Both the position numbers and the translations under genes were made by a program. Positions 37,339-51,711 of a DNA stretch of 64,000 nucleotides are shown in pieces. Every line of letters begins with the position of its first letter. Position 1 is the stretch's first letter. Under the pieces are notes generated by a model that was not told where the DNA came from, made no database searches, and saw only the letters and a list, made by a program, of their open reading frames with translations. This stretch comes from Adineta vaga (Eukaryota; Animalia; Rotifera), in assembly GCA_021613535.1 (NCBI GenBank), contig CP075496.1:4588001-4652000 (forward strand). Reading direction: 5' to 3'.

Positions 37339-39637
37339 TCAATTAAAATTACTCAATGACGAGCAAGAAAGATAACGTCGAGCTTGTTCCGTCACGTGAC
37401 GTTGAACATAAGTTTGACCAATTAAAATTTCTTCATAAGTTGGATCATACTAAATGAAGAGAAAATGATAAAAATTTATTTCAAATTCTTTTGATCTTAC
37501 GCCTAATTCTTCTTTCAATCTTTTCGAAGAATTTAATAAGTTCTTTGGGAATTTTTCACGTTTTTTCGTTTCTAGAATTGTGGATTGATATTTATGCAGA
37601 CGTTTATTTCGTCGTACAATTGTTGGTCGTATTGACGTTTGAGTATCCTGAATCATTGATGTGGTTGTTGTTTGTTCAGAATATGTAAAGTAATCACTAA
37701 ATGTGAAGAAGATGAAAATTATTAGAAGAATTTATGATTACGAGAGATATTTACCTGAACCAATCGTGTTCTGTCAAATGGATTCGATGTGGCTGAAAAA
37801 AGAAAAATAGTTTAGATGTTTGTAACAGAACAAAATCAAAACTTTACTCGATCCAAACGTTCAGGTGTATTAAGAACACGATGTTTTGATGGTGAGGATG
37901 TATTTGAAATAGTTTTAGGAGAAACAATAACATCTTGGGTTTGTTTCAAGGGAGTAAGTTCAATTAATAAATGATCTGTTTCCTGTTTGATCTCATTTTG
38001 AGAATTGAATGTAAAAGAAAAAGAATCATCTGTAGTAAAATGATTTCTATTATCTTGACGATTTCTTATTTCAGGTGAAAAAGTCGTTAACTGTGAAGAT
38101 GACTGAGATGATGAAGTAGTAAATGTAGGTATTGATGAGGCTTGTGATGAAGTTTGAGATGAATAATATGCAAAAGATGGCTGAAATAAAGAGAGATGAT
38201 GATCTGTTTGAGAATTTTGACTTGAAGACGTATAATCAGCACAGGATGAAAGCATAGGTAATTGTTTAGCAGGAGATGGTGGTGTACAATAAAATAAACG
38301 TTCAAGATCTTGTGAAGAATTTTCTTGTTGAGAATTGGAGGTTATTTGGGATGATACAGGCTAAAAGACATATAAAAGATTTACATTACTATTTTCATAA
38401 ATACTATGCGAATTGCACGAGAAATATAGAGTCAATTCTGATCATGATCATAAACAAAATCCAGTTGTGAAAGACTAGCAGAGAATTCTCAATTTTACCT
38501 GTAATTGATCTGGATAAACTGTTGCTAGATGATGTGAAGATGCAACATCAATATTATTGTAATCAGCTGTTGGAAAAAAATGTTGATGATGATTATCACT
38601 GTTCATTGTTGGGACATGGGTTTCAGTTTTAACGACAGGAGTTGTTGAAGAAGAGGATGAATGTTCTTTCGAAGATCTTTTCGTAGTTGAACGAGTTGTT
38701 TGATTAGTAATTGTTGTCAATGCTGGACGTGGTGAAGATGCTTTATCAAATTTAGGCCAAGGAAAATCTGATGGAATTCTAAAATAAAAATGCCGATATA
38801 TTATACAGGATATATATATCTCACTATTTCTTTCTTACAATGTAGTCCATTCAAGTCCTTGTCTTTTTAAATTAGTTACTTCTGATTCAAATTTCTTTTT
38901 CATTGAAGAATTCCAATGATTTTTAATTGAATTATCCGATCGTCCATTGAAGTATTTAGCGATTTCTGCCCATCGATTTCCAAAATGTTGATGTAAAATA
39001 AACAGCTGAAGATTTTCATCAGTAGTCCAAGGATTTTTATTAATTGCAGGATTAAGATGATTATGCCATCTGTAAAATGTGAAAAAAAACCTGTATAGTA
39101 AAATGAAATTATTTCAAAACTCTCATACCTTTCCCGGCATTGTTTTCCAACACGTCCTTTCAATTCTTTCGCAATTAAACTCCATTGTCTTGCACCATAA
39201 TCACGTACAAGTTCAATGACTCTTCTATCTTCTTCATCTGTCCAGGGACCTTTCGTGATCGATGGATCGAGAAATCGATCCCAACGATGTTGACATTGAG
39301 CATCCGTACGACCATTACCAACATACTGTGAGATACGTGACCAATCTATTAAACCACCATGCAAATTAATAAAATCCTTCAAACGTTCATCCTAAATAAA
39401 GTATGATTTATTGTAGTAAACAAACAAAAAATCGCATAATTTTCTTACTTCTTCTTTTGTCCATTTTTTATATGATTTTTTCCTTGATGACGAAACCTTT
39501 TTATTCACAAAGACATTTTCATCAAGATCAGAATCATCATCTGTAAAACTACTTCGACTACAACTAGCTCTAAATAATATTATCGTTTACTTTTGGAAAA
39601 AAACGAAATGAATTTAATCTTACCGTTGGGAAATCAT
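37339..39637 (-). CDS. Myb: Three-repeat Myb transcription factor (B-Myb/c-Myb family)
   Basis: R1-R3 repeats: KKWTKEEDERL...[26 protein letters not shown]...[40 protein letters not shown]. Conserved C-terminal [16 protein letters not shown]. Confidence 0.93.
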
Positions 39638-40110
39638 TTTAAAAAAAGATTCGTGTCATTTAAAACAATGCCTTACATCAACGAACGAACATGCATACAA
39701 CAACTATGATACAATGAACGCTCGATGTGCGTACATTCGTCCGTTTTCTTTTCTTTCCTCGTCAGCTATGTTCGAAGAAAATTGAACAATGACTATATCG
39801 ATGTGCGTTCCTTCGCGCGCATGCGATTAGACAAAAGAGACGAAATCACGGACACGGACAATCGAATATTGAACGATGGAGGAAAGGAAAAAAAAAGTAG
39901 CATTTCTTTTTCTTTCTGTTGAATGACACGTACAGGAGACTTATAATTGCACATCATCAAAGTGTGTGAGTGTGTGTGTGTTCTTTCAATTCAATTCTGA
40001 TTTTATTAAGAAAAATAGTTGAAAAAATAAGATAAGAAAAGAACAAACGTGCAAAAAAAAATTTGTAATAAAAATAAGTGATTGTCTTTGAATGAAAGTA
40101 ATTGTAGAAT

Positions 40111-43100
40111 TTAGGACATAATTGTGTCAATCATTGTGCGAAAAAGATCGATATAATTGAATTGATCACGTAATTGTCGGTCATATTTGGAAAAAACTTG
40201 ATAGTACTCTTCATCAGTTTTCTTCAAATTAACACCATTGTCATGAAGTAAGGAATGATATTCATCATTTGTTAAATAGCCTAAATGAAAATATCTTAGT
40301 GATCTTTTACAATGATTTTATAGAACGCATATATTCATGAGTATCAGAGTTTTACATGTTTTATTCGAAAGAGAGAAAGTTAAACTGTACCTTTGCGTGA
40401 TTTATCATACGAATGAAATAATCGGAAAAGATTTTTCAGATCTCGTGAATTCTATAATGAAAAAAACAAACAAACCAACTATAATACAATTAATCCAATC
40501 ATCTATCGTTTTGTTACATATTCACAACATACTTTTGAAAAATTCTACATAAGCATTGAGATTTTATCGATGATATTCATCATTGGCGAGCAAAAGCATA
40601 CGGTAACCAACAACAATATCACATGAACAAAGACATAGCATTAGAAAACAAGAAAAACAAACATATAAGTGTAATTATCAAAATAGATTTCTATGTTAGA
40701 AATAGTTAGATTAAAACAGTAAGAGAAAAGAACCTGTGTTCGTTGATCATGAACTTCTTTAGCAGGTCGCTATAATAAATATCAACAATGTCAGATTAGA
40801 GTTTTCTTGAGGAAAATTACTTTGTTATATTGTTTTTGAACGATTTGTTCATAAATTGGATGTACACGTAACCAAGGACTCTAAAATAAATCGAAAAATG
40901 AATTCGAACAATTAAGATACAAATTTCAATTACAATTCTAATAACAGGTCCATCTGGATGATATTTTCGTATGAAGAATGGATATTGAATTTTTGACCCA
41001 TTACGTGGATCATCCAAACGAATAAGTACACCCAATTCTTCTCCAGTAACAGGAATGGAATATTGAGATAAAATATCCTATGAAACCTTATGAGAAATAA
41101 ATTTCAACTAATCGAGTAGATTTACTTGTAATACAGAAAAATCAATGAAACCACAAGCTGTTGGATCACTGTCAAGTAATGCATTTTTAATTCTATTATA
41201 ATTTTGACGAATCTAAATGACAAGTTTATTTTACAAATACTACGTAACTTTGATTATCTTACATGTGGAAGAATACGATTGTATACTTCTCGATAATCTA
41301 TCGATTGATTAACACAAATCATATCAGTTAAACTTCCTGATGTTGTAATATTTCTTGATGATGCTGTTCTAGGAGCTGAATAAGCAAGACGATCACGCGC
41401 TACTATAGAACGTTGTACTAAAAATTCAAATTAAAAAAATTTTCAAAGACTAATTTATCTCAATACATTGTTTCACTGATGAATGTTTTTCATCACGAGT
41501 AAACATAATGATTTGTCGAATAAGATTAGCAAATGGAATGCTTCTATCCATACGAAAACCACTTGCTAACCAAATTAAATTAACTTCTGATCGTGTTAAA
41601 TCTGTATCTAAACTATAATGAAAAGAGAATCAATTCGTTTTTCTATTCATTATAGATGATCTTTACTCTTGAAGAACTTTGTAGAATTGATCTTTATTAA
41701 TTCTATCTGTTCGAGGTTGATCAATATTGGAAAATGCTTTTGTAAATGAATGCATACGAAGACGAATTAAATCATATAAAGTTTTTTCAATCTAAACAAA
41801 ATTTTCAATTGAAATTAAATACAATATAGAACGATTTTTACATAAGCTAAATTTCTTGGTGGTGTAAACGGTTTTTGTTCGGATTTCTTTTCAATAAATT
41901 TCTTTTCATTATTTCGTTCTTTATGTGTTGGAATTGTTCTAAAAATCGAATATCAAATATCGAATTTCAAACAATAATATAAAGAAACAAACGTTTTGAT
42001 CAATATATATAATAAACGTTTGTATGGTACTTGTCGTCTTTGTCGCATATCATTTGAACAATTTAATGCTGTATAAATTTCATCTTTTTGATAATCAGTA
42101 AACTGATAACTATCAGCAATACCAAGTTCTTTTTTCAAGACAAGAAAGAATTCTTTTTCCGTACATGATTCACCATTGTCTTTCGATATATAACTAAAAC
42201 GGAGTAATGATTTCATTTTTTTCAACAAAATTAAATCGAAAACTAACTTTATCATTGCTGATGTTAAGGAAAGAAATGTATCATGTAATAAATCAATAAT
42301 ACCATCTTCGATATCAGTTAAAATTGATTGAGGTATTTTTGATCTTGACAAAAAAAGAACAGAACAAGGATCAATTAGGATGAAATTCTCATATTACTTT
42401 GGTTTTTTCAAATCACTAACTGCACGAGCGAGGAAACTTGAATCAGAACGATCTTGAAAATATTTTAAAAAGGCATTATAATCAATGACTGTTTCATTGT
42501 TTGTATTTTTCGAAGTTTTGCAATGATATCTAAACGAAAATATGTGATACAAGAAATAAATATTCAGAAAGATTCAAAAAATTACTTTTGTAAAAATTCA
42601 TCGATATTATCATATGATAGAGGAATATCAAATTGATTGAGAATAGCAATCAATTGTTCTTTAGTAATATAATTAGTATGATCTGGATCCAAATATGAGA
42701 AGATTGTTTTGAGACAATAATAACCTTCATTAACCTAAAGAGAATGAGTTGTTAAATAGCATACGAAATATTGATTCAAAAGATATGCTAAACTATACAA
42801 AAAAAATCAGAATGTCACTACGAATAAATTGACGTCAAAGACAAATGAATTTCATAACGTATAAATCTACTATTGTCGCTCGTCAGCATAAATCTTTTCT
42901 ATATTATTTGTAAAAAAAAAAGAGTCAATATCATTACTTTTCGATCAAGAAATGGCATAAAATCATCTCCTTCTTTCAACTGTTTCATTAACATTTTGTG
43001 TTTTTGTACCAAAGTTCGAAATTTTGTACTTAATACTTTCGTCGATACGTTCTTCGATGATGAAACTACTCCATTGGAACACTCCCTTTCATCATTATTA

Positions 43101-44548
43101 CATTTTGTATTTGATTTATCCATTGTTTCATCTCCTGATTCATCAGATGGTGGTGGTGTCGTATATTTTCGATGTTTATCCTTATCATTTTCTTCACGAT
43201 TTTGATTTATTAATAATGGTCTCTTCTTTCGTGAAAATGATCCGTCGATTATACATGATGAATAGGGTGTACTTCGATCAGTAATTAATCTTTGAATATT
43301 CGCATTAATTTCATCAGCAAGATTAACACCATAATCTAACAAACGAAGAAATACATTAGTTCGAACCATTCCAACATTATCCAAATCGAATTTTGACCAA
43401 AGTTTTTCAAATTCATTTGCATTATTGATTATATCGTCCAAATGAAAATTCTTTAGGATTATCTTCAAATGATCACGAATAATAACACCATCATTTAAAC
43501 AATCAGCTGGAAGATAATCATTGGGTTCAAATGAACTGAAAAATAAAGATTGATTTATTCGAAATAGAACAAAGTATCGTGTCATATATTTACGGATCTC
43601 GACATCTTGCTTTCATTAATGAATAACAATAACTAGCAGTGAGACGAGGTAAATAACGTTTTGAATAGTTGTTGGTAGATTTTGACTGAGACTAAGTAAT
43701 GCTGAATTCTTACGTTCTGATTGAAATGCAACTAATTCATGTTTGGCTTTCTAGAAAGAAAAAAAAGTCATGTAATAGAATTCTTTGTCTATTAAATCAA
43801 TTGATCTTTTTCACCTCATTATTGGGAAAAAAAGAAACAAATTCTTCAAATGTTATTGTTGCATCACGATCGTTCATATAAAACCTAGAATTAATATTGA
43901 TTTCAGATAATCTTATAAACAGTAAACTTACAGTTTGGAAGCCTTTTCCCATTCTTCGTTATTGATGTAACCACATAGTTGTCCTAATACTCGTCGAAAT
44001 CCTTCTCTAAAAGATTATTGATAAAAATAGAGAACAACAAGAACATATATGAGTGTTTGTTTTATTATTATTCTAATACCTCGATAATTTGCCTGCTCGA
44101 TTAGGATCATTTGCACGAAATAAATGACGTACACCATGAATACCTGTCTGTAATTTTCGATCAATTAATTGGAAGATCTAGAAAAAAATCAATTAAATAT
44201 GATTAGAGTTTCTATCGAAAGACAGTAGAATTACTTCATCGGATTTTGCTGAACGATTTTGTGTTGAAACTTGTTTACGTTCATATTGTTTTTCTATGAA
44301 AGAAAAAGAAATTTTAGTTTCTTGCTCTAATGAAAAGAACATTGATCGTCAATTGTACCGCCTGAAAAAGCTGAAGATCTAACTGGTAAATCAGGTGAAT
44401 TGAAATTTGAAGTTCGATTCAATTCTTTATCCAAAACTGTTCGTTCACGACGTAATGGAAGGATACTTTGATAGATTTGAGGTGTTCGTCGAGATCCTTC
44501 TTGAGATATGTCACCAGCCGCATAGGAAGATGCTACTGAAGTAGCCAT
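40111..44548 (-). CDS. Multi-EF-hand protein, EFCAB6-like
   Basis: Many exons with paired EF-hand-like segments (LFRANDPNRAGKLSRE, LWSKFDLDNVGMV, FSYLDPDHTNIITKE, LLDSDPTACGFIDF, FHSYDKSRKGYLT...KYDRQLRDQFNYIDLF). Stop at 40111. Some small internal exons are uncertain. Confidence 0.7.
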
Positions 44549-45692
44549 TTAGAGAAGAAAGACTTTTTTTCTAAAACAAAAATCGAATCGATCTTCGTCT
44601 CTTTATTAAATGAATAAACATCTGTTTCTTTTTGAGACAAGAGAACTATGTTTTATCTACTTGATTTGACTAAAGAATGAATAGAGATGTTTTGTAGATC
44701 ATAGTATTGACATTGAGAGTATTGATTGATGAGAGAAAGAAAGAAAAAGATTAACTGAATGTTTATGTTACATTATGCAATTTAGTGCTTTTAAACCTTG
44801 CTTCTTTTTCTTTAACAGACGTATCATTTTAAATCAACAGAAACACTTGAAATTTTGAACCTTGCTATAGGCAACTGATGCAGACATGTATTTAGTTGAC
44901 TTGATTAATTGAAAGTGAACGGTTTTCGATATTCGTAGATTTCAATCTTTACAATTTAACTCCATCTAAAGACTGGAAGTAGAGGTCACTAATATTAGAC
45001 TCGGATGTTTTATTTTGATCTAAGTATAAAACTGACCTTGAGTTTTTTCTTATCTGCTTCATAATAGAGAGAATAATTCTTTTTTTTTTGTTCCTTCTAC
45101 ATACATATCTGTCCATTTTAGAAAATAAAGCATTGTATAATCGATCGTTCTCATATCGGTTAAAACTTTGACTTTTTCACCAGTAACTTTTGAATACTTT
45201 TCTATCTCTTTTACTCTTTCTTATCTAAACGCGATACTCTATAAGACAATTACTACCATACAAAACAAATTAATCAAATTAATACTAATACCCTTTGAAT
45301 AATAGAAGACAAATGAAAACATTTACACAAATATTCAAATGCATCGATTAACATATCAAACATCAAATTTTCTATCAAAACACACTTTTGTTTTGCTACC
45401 TAGGTAATCCTTTAAAGTGATACTTTTTTCAATTGAAAATTGATTTTTCAAAATTCAAATGTCGTAGTGTGTTAGAAATCAAATGCGTTTCTTCATAGAA
45501 TAAAATAACCAATGAAAACTTTTCTTCTCTAGCGCTATTAGTAACGTCAGTTTCGGATTGGTTTGAAATGCTTAAGAACCCTAAACGATGATGGTGGTGG
45601 TGATGATGAGGTTGATTGATTTCATACTTTACATAGCTTTTTCTTAAATATTAAAAGATTCAATAGTTTAGTGATATTTATCGTTATTTCAG

Positions 45693-48690
45693 ATGAATTC
45701 ATCATCACCACCTGTATTATATTTAGACGACGACGACGACGACGATGATGATGATGACGGTGTTGATCATATATATCGAGCATCATCATCAAATGATATG
45801 CGATTACCACGTAAAAAAAGAAAATTAACAAATACGAATGTTCAAATTAATCCGTCAGTTGTGAATTGGTCAAAACGACAAAGAAACGATCATTTTCATC
45901 GGCAACCATCACAAAATATGATAGATGCTGAATTTGATCCTGAGCCAGTTTTACTTGATCCAGAGGAATATATTATTGAAGAACCTGATACGCATTCTTT
46001 CTGTTCTTTCGATTGGACAATTCAAACGCGACCACCACTACCGCCGCCACCACCACCACCACCTCCTCCCTTATTATCTACTAGAATACGTTCAAGTCCT
46101 ATTCAAACAACAGCTCATGTATCATCAGTACCGCCTTTGAATGTCAACTATGCCACTAAACGTTATGTAGATAAACCTGATCGAATTCCAAATATCAATT
46201 CACATGAGAGAATTATTCAACAGCCCAGGAAACCATCAATTGTTCCAGCATCAGCGTCGACACCACCAACGCCAAGACCATCATTATCAGTTTTAACATT
46301 ACCTTTACCAAAACCGACATCTTCAATTGCACGACCAAATACACGACGAGGGCGACCACTAAAAAATTCTCGAGTTCTACATACAAAAGATGTAAGATTA
46401 TACCTTTTCACTTGAAAATTCAGTAATAATAAGATGTACGAAATAAATCTTGTAGTTCCAATACTCATCACTTTTCCGAACATCAGTCGTACAGAAAGAA
46501 ATGCAAGATGAGATTTCTTATGAATTTTCATATATTCCTAATCTTTTTCAAAATTGCAATCCATTATTCTTGACAAAAATCTGACGAACTATATCCTTTA
46601 AGTATATACTCGAACGATTTACATGTCTTGTGATAACTTTTCAAAGGTTTTAAAGACATCAAACATAAAAACGTTTTAAAATTCTCATCGGCAGATCTAA
46701 TATACTACACCTATATTTTTTAATTTTGTGACAATTAATTCATTATATATGAAGTAAAGCGAAACTGTATATTTAGACTTCACCTCCTTCATTAGTACGT
46801 CATCGACCTGAGCCACAACTTTATTCACAAGTGCAACAAGCACCACGACTATCATCAACAATAACTCCTACTCCAACAGTGGCAAGTTCGTCATCCAATA
46901 ATCTTACATCAGAAATTCGTCGTCAAATACTCAATGGCACAGGATTATTCTCTGCTTTTCATGACACTAAATATTATCAATGCAATATCTGTAAATTTAA
47001 AAGTGTCACTAGGTAACTATCAAACTTTTACATGAAAGAATTTTTCCTATGAATGACTTCTCTTCTCTTTTTAGTTCAACTCTTCTTCAACATCTTTTTA
47101 CTCATATGTTTTTTTGTGATCAATGTTCATTTTATTCCTATTCACATTATACTCTCACTCAACATGTTTATGAAAAACATACACCAAATGTTAGTGAACA
47201 TACACATGATTCTTCAAATCCCAAATCATTTGATTTACTCTATATTACACGTTGTTCAGATGGCACATTTGCTTTATGTATGGATTCATCCTTATCACCG
47301 ACGACAACAACAACAACAGCATTAAATAAAGTAACAACAAATGATCACCCATTGATTATATCGTCAGCTGTTCCTAATGATCAACAACAAAATCAATCAC
47401 TGAAGAAAAAGCTAGTAAAACAAAAAAGCTCAACTAATGAAGAAAATAATGATATTGTTTTATTATCATCTGAAAAACATGATACAACAAATCATCGACC
47501 AGTAACACAAACCAAAACAAAAGAAAAACCTTTTCAAAATTATATTTCAATAAAACATCGAAGAGTTTATTCATTGAAGAAACCATTTTCTTTTCATACA
47601 TTAACATTAGAATATGATCTTTGTCGAGAAAATATGATTCGACTTATGTGTAATACACAATCGATAACAAAACGACGAAGTTTTTTAGAAGAATTTCACA
47701 AAACAAGATTAATTGATGAAGTTGCAGATTGTTTACGAATTATTGTTAATGATATTGTTGATAGTGAAGATAACAGGTTAGAATAAATAGTTCGTAATCT
47801 CTCATTCTTCTACATAAAGACAATTCGTTATTAATAAAACAATCGATTCGAGAGACACCTCTAAGATGATATCAAATAATATACTTATAACTAAACAATT
47901 CATCAGTAGTTTTCAGAATTCATTAAGATTTCTAAGAGGAAATATTTATAGTTTTATTTCGTACTGAGAGAAACAAAACAATTTCATTTAATTTTAGTGC
48001 TCAATCATCTTTGATTTGTAAATTACCAAATCGTATTCTTAGTTCAATATTTTCTGTTGATAATTTGGATATAATCACGCATTCATTAAAATTAAATAAT
48101 AAATATGAATATTATCAGGAACAAAAAACTTTATATGATCGTGAACATATTATACGTGAAAATCGTAAAAATATTTTTGTTTTATCATCTCCAGATGCAA
48201 ATCATAATGAACAATCAATTATTTCTTCATTACATTCATCAATGACAAATGGCGATTCGGTATTCACTCAAACGAAAGTTGATAGAACACCGAGTACTAG
48301 TGAAAATACTCGACGATATGCACAAAGAAATTCGAGTAAATCATATCTATTTCAATTTGTAAACAGATATTTTAAACATCATCTTTTAGACGTTCAATCT
48401 CAAGTAAATCATTCAAAACCAATAGCTTCAAAAAAAATGACTGCTATTCAATCATCGCCACCTTCACCATTACCACCTTCGCCAAGTAATAATTTCAAAA
48501 AAAGTTTTTATTTAAAAAGCGTATATAATCTGCATATCTTCTAGGAATAGCTCCAATTCATTCTGTTATCCCCAAAACTTCACGTTCTCAATCGAATCCA
48601 TCAATACTCGATCGAAATAACAATACAATTCCTACACCTCATCCAAAAGTTTCACCTTCAAAACATCCTAATGTTATTATTCTTGATTAA
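45693..48690 (+). CDS. Nuclear protein with C2H2 zinc fingers, an AT-hook and several SUMO-interacting-like motifs
   Basis: NLS PRKKRK, AT-hook RRGRP, fingers YQCNICKFKSVTSSTLLQHLFTH and FFCDQCSFYSYSHYTLTQHVYEKH; ends KHPNVIILD* at 48690. Start codon uncertain. Confidence 0.7.
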
Positions 48691-49512
48691 AACCTAAACG
48701 TTTTCTCGTTTTTCTTTTCACTTTGTTCTTTGTTGCTTCTTAGCCTTTCATGCGTGATTTATGTTCTTTTACTCTTGTTGCTTTGTTTCTTTTCGTTTTT
48801 TCATACATATGTGTATGTGTTAAAGTATTTTAATCTGCATATGATTTTTGCTCAAGAGAACCAAACTTCTTGCGATATGTGGTTCATAAAACTAAAATAT
48901 TTCAGCGATTTAATTCTAAATATTTCTTTCTTTTTCTTGTCTTTTGTTACTTTCATTTCTTTTTGTAAATTATACAGAAGTGAAGTTGAAATATATCGAC
49001 ATTTGCTTTTTTCGAACATGAATACATCATTTCTTAGAGATGAAATTTTCATGAAAATACACTCGAAGATATACGGTAATCGATTATAAATTCAAATAAA
49101 TATTAAAGGTGAGGTTGTTTACTTGCATAGTACGACACAATATTATTCGATATTCATACCTAGAAAACGACCTTAATCGAACGATATTTTTTTCGAATAG
49201 ATGATAGGTTAAAGGTGAATCATCGTACTAACGCGAAGTACTTTGTTTTTTATTTGCTATATCTTATATCGATTTAATCATGCATAAAATGTACTAAGTT
49301 TAATCGTTTCATCCATAGGCTTGTATATATGTATATATATGCATGTATGCGACACGATTCAAATGTTTCTTTTCCATTCTCTTTGAATTGAATGCACCAG
49401 ATCGAGAGAGGCTTGCCTTGTTTATTTCTTTGTTCGTTAAAATTATATATAAATTAGATAATCTTACGTTGTTTTTTTAATTTCATGTTTAGCATAATAC
49501 AGAGAAAAATCA

Positions 49513-51431
49513 ATGCCTGCTAACGATCATGTTTCATCAGCTCAACAAAATGCTAAAACAACAGCTATTGTTGCAGTAAATACACTTAGTGAAGACGATC
49601 AGGCGATTAATCCTGCTGACCATGACGGTAAATGGAATGATTAACATTGTTTATATGATTATTTTTCCTGTGATTTCTAGGTGTACCATCGGATTATTCA
49701 ATTCAAGTGAATAGTAGAAATACAATCTATTCAACTGAATTTATTGAAAGTAAATATATTTATGAAATGAATCATTGTGAAGTTGATCATCAAACAAAAC
49801 AAGTAAATATTACTCCACGAAAGTATCACTATGATTTTCGAACACAACGAAAAGTTCAACGTACAGGTGTTATGCTCGTTGGTTGGGGTGGAAATAATGG
49901 TTCTACAGTTACAGGTGCTGTTATTGCAAATCGTGATAATATTACCTGGATGCGTAAAGGTAAAATCTACTAAATAATTTTTTGTATATTTAATAATCAA
50001 TTTTTTTTCCTATAGAGGGTGAACAACGTGCCAACTATTATGGTTCTTTAACACAATCAACTACGATTCGACTTGGAAGTAATAATGATGGTAAAGAAGT
50101 TCATATTCCATTCAATACCATCTTACCAATGTTACATCCAAATGATATTGTTATCGGTGGTTGGGACATCAATGATGCTAATTTATATGAATCTATGCGA
50201 CGTGCATGTGTATTTGATTATGAATTGCAAGAAAAATTAAAATCTAAAATGATTAAATATAAACCATTACCATCAATCTATTATCCAGATTTTATTGCTG
50301 CCAATCAAGAAGATCGAGCAAATAATTTAATACCAAAAGGAACGAAACAACAAGATTTGGATCATATCCGAAATGATATACGAACATTCAAAAAAGCACA
50401 TAATTTAGAACGAGTGATTATTTTATGGACAGCAAATACTGAACGTTATGTCGATGGTAAAATATTTAACTAACCTTTCTCAATTCTGCTTTCGTCTAAA
50501 CTCTCTTATCTTTTAGTTCGACCAGGTTTAAATCAAACAAGTGATGATATTCTTCAATCCATAGCTAATAATGAAGATGAAGTTAGTCCATCGAATATTT
50601 TTGCTTGCGCAGCTATTCTTGAAAACTGTCCATATATCAATGGTAGTCCACAGAATACTTTAGTACCTGGAATAATTGAACTTGCTGAAAAACATCAAGT
50701 TTTTATTGGTGGTGATGATTTTAAAAGTGGACAAACAAAATTAAAATCTGTTCTTGCCGATTTTCTTGTATCAGCTGGTTTAAAAGTACAATCGATTGTT
50801 TCATATAATCATTTAGGAAATAATGATGGTAAGAATTTAAGTGCACCACAACAATTTCGTTCAAAAGAAATTAGCAAATCTAATGTTGTCGATGATATGG
50901 TTGGAGCAAATCATTTACTTTATAATAAAAAAACAAATGAACATCCTGATCATGTTGTCGTTATTAAATATGTTCCATTTGTGAAAGGTAAAAATCGAAT
51001 ATTCCCAATACAATTTCATTGAATATATATTCTTTCGAATTTTAGATTCAAAACGAGCAATGGATGAATATATATCATCAATATTTATGAATGGTCTTAG
51101 TACAATTGCTATTCATAATACATGTGAAGATTCATTATTAGCTTCACCATTAATTCTTGATCTTGTTATTCTAACCGAATTAATGACACGTATTACATAT
51201 AAAACAAATGATCAGGAAGAATATCAATCATTTGAAGCTGTTCTTTCAATTTTATCTTATCTTCTTAAAGCTCCAATGGTTCCACCAGGTACACCAGTTA
51301 TTAATGCACTTTTTAAACAACATCGTTGTATTACAAATATTTTTTCGGCATGTGCTGGTATTGCGATGGATACAGATATGTTACTTGAGCATAAAACACA
51401 AATGCCCAAACCAATGAAAATTCAATTATAA
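49513..51431 (+). CDS. ISYNA1: Inositol-3-phosphate synthase (MIPS), 5 exons
   Basis: Four hallmark motifs present: [33 protein letters not shown]; also [10 protein letters not shown] and [10 protein letters not shown]. Confidence 0.96.
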
Positions 51432-51711
51432 TCGAATTTCATCATTGTCAGTATCTCTTTTTATCGAAAATACGAAGATTTTTAAACAAAGTTTTATGAA
51501 ATATCTTAAAATAAAATATATGCAATTCAAGATCATTCAGAATTGCTAAATGAAATCCTATTTTTTTTCTCATTCAAAAAGTTTGATATCTTTCAATTGA
51601 TCATTAAGATTTTATAAACTCATGAATTATTTTATTAATACAAAACAAACACACTCACACAAAACAAAGCTTAATTAGAGAATTATTCGCATAGAAATAA
51701 AAAAATTTCAA

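Noticed and set aside
37002-39693. Shared GTTCGTTCGT motif just upstream of the SIRT6 and Myb start codons
   Set aside because: Only two short instances of a simple repeat-like word; not enough to call a promoter element.
40456-40730. Possible micro-exons in a long intron of the EF-hand gene
   Set aside because: Candidate splice pairs give a stop codon or an implausibly short (about 30 nt) intron; cannot be supported without transcripts.
49513-51431. ISYNA1 as a horizontally acquired desiccation gene
   Set aside because: It has ordinary short introns, host-like composition and animal-like motifs (C-terminal MLLEHK). Nothing in the sequence indicates foreign origin; a phylogeny would be needed.
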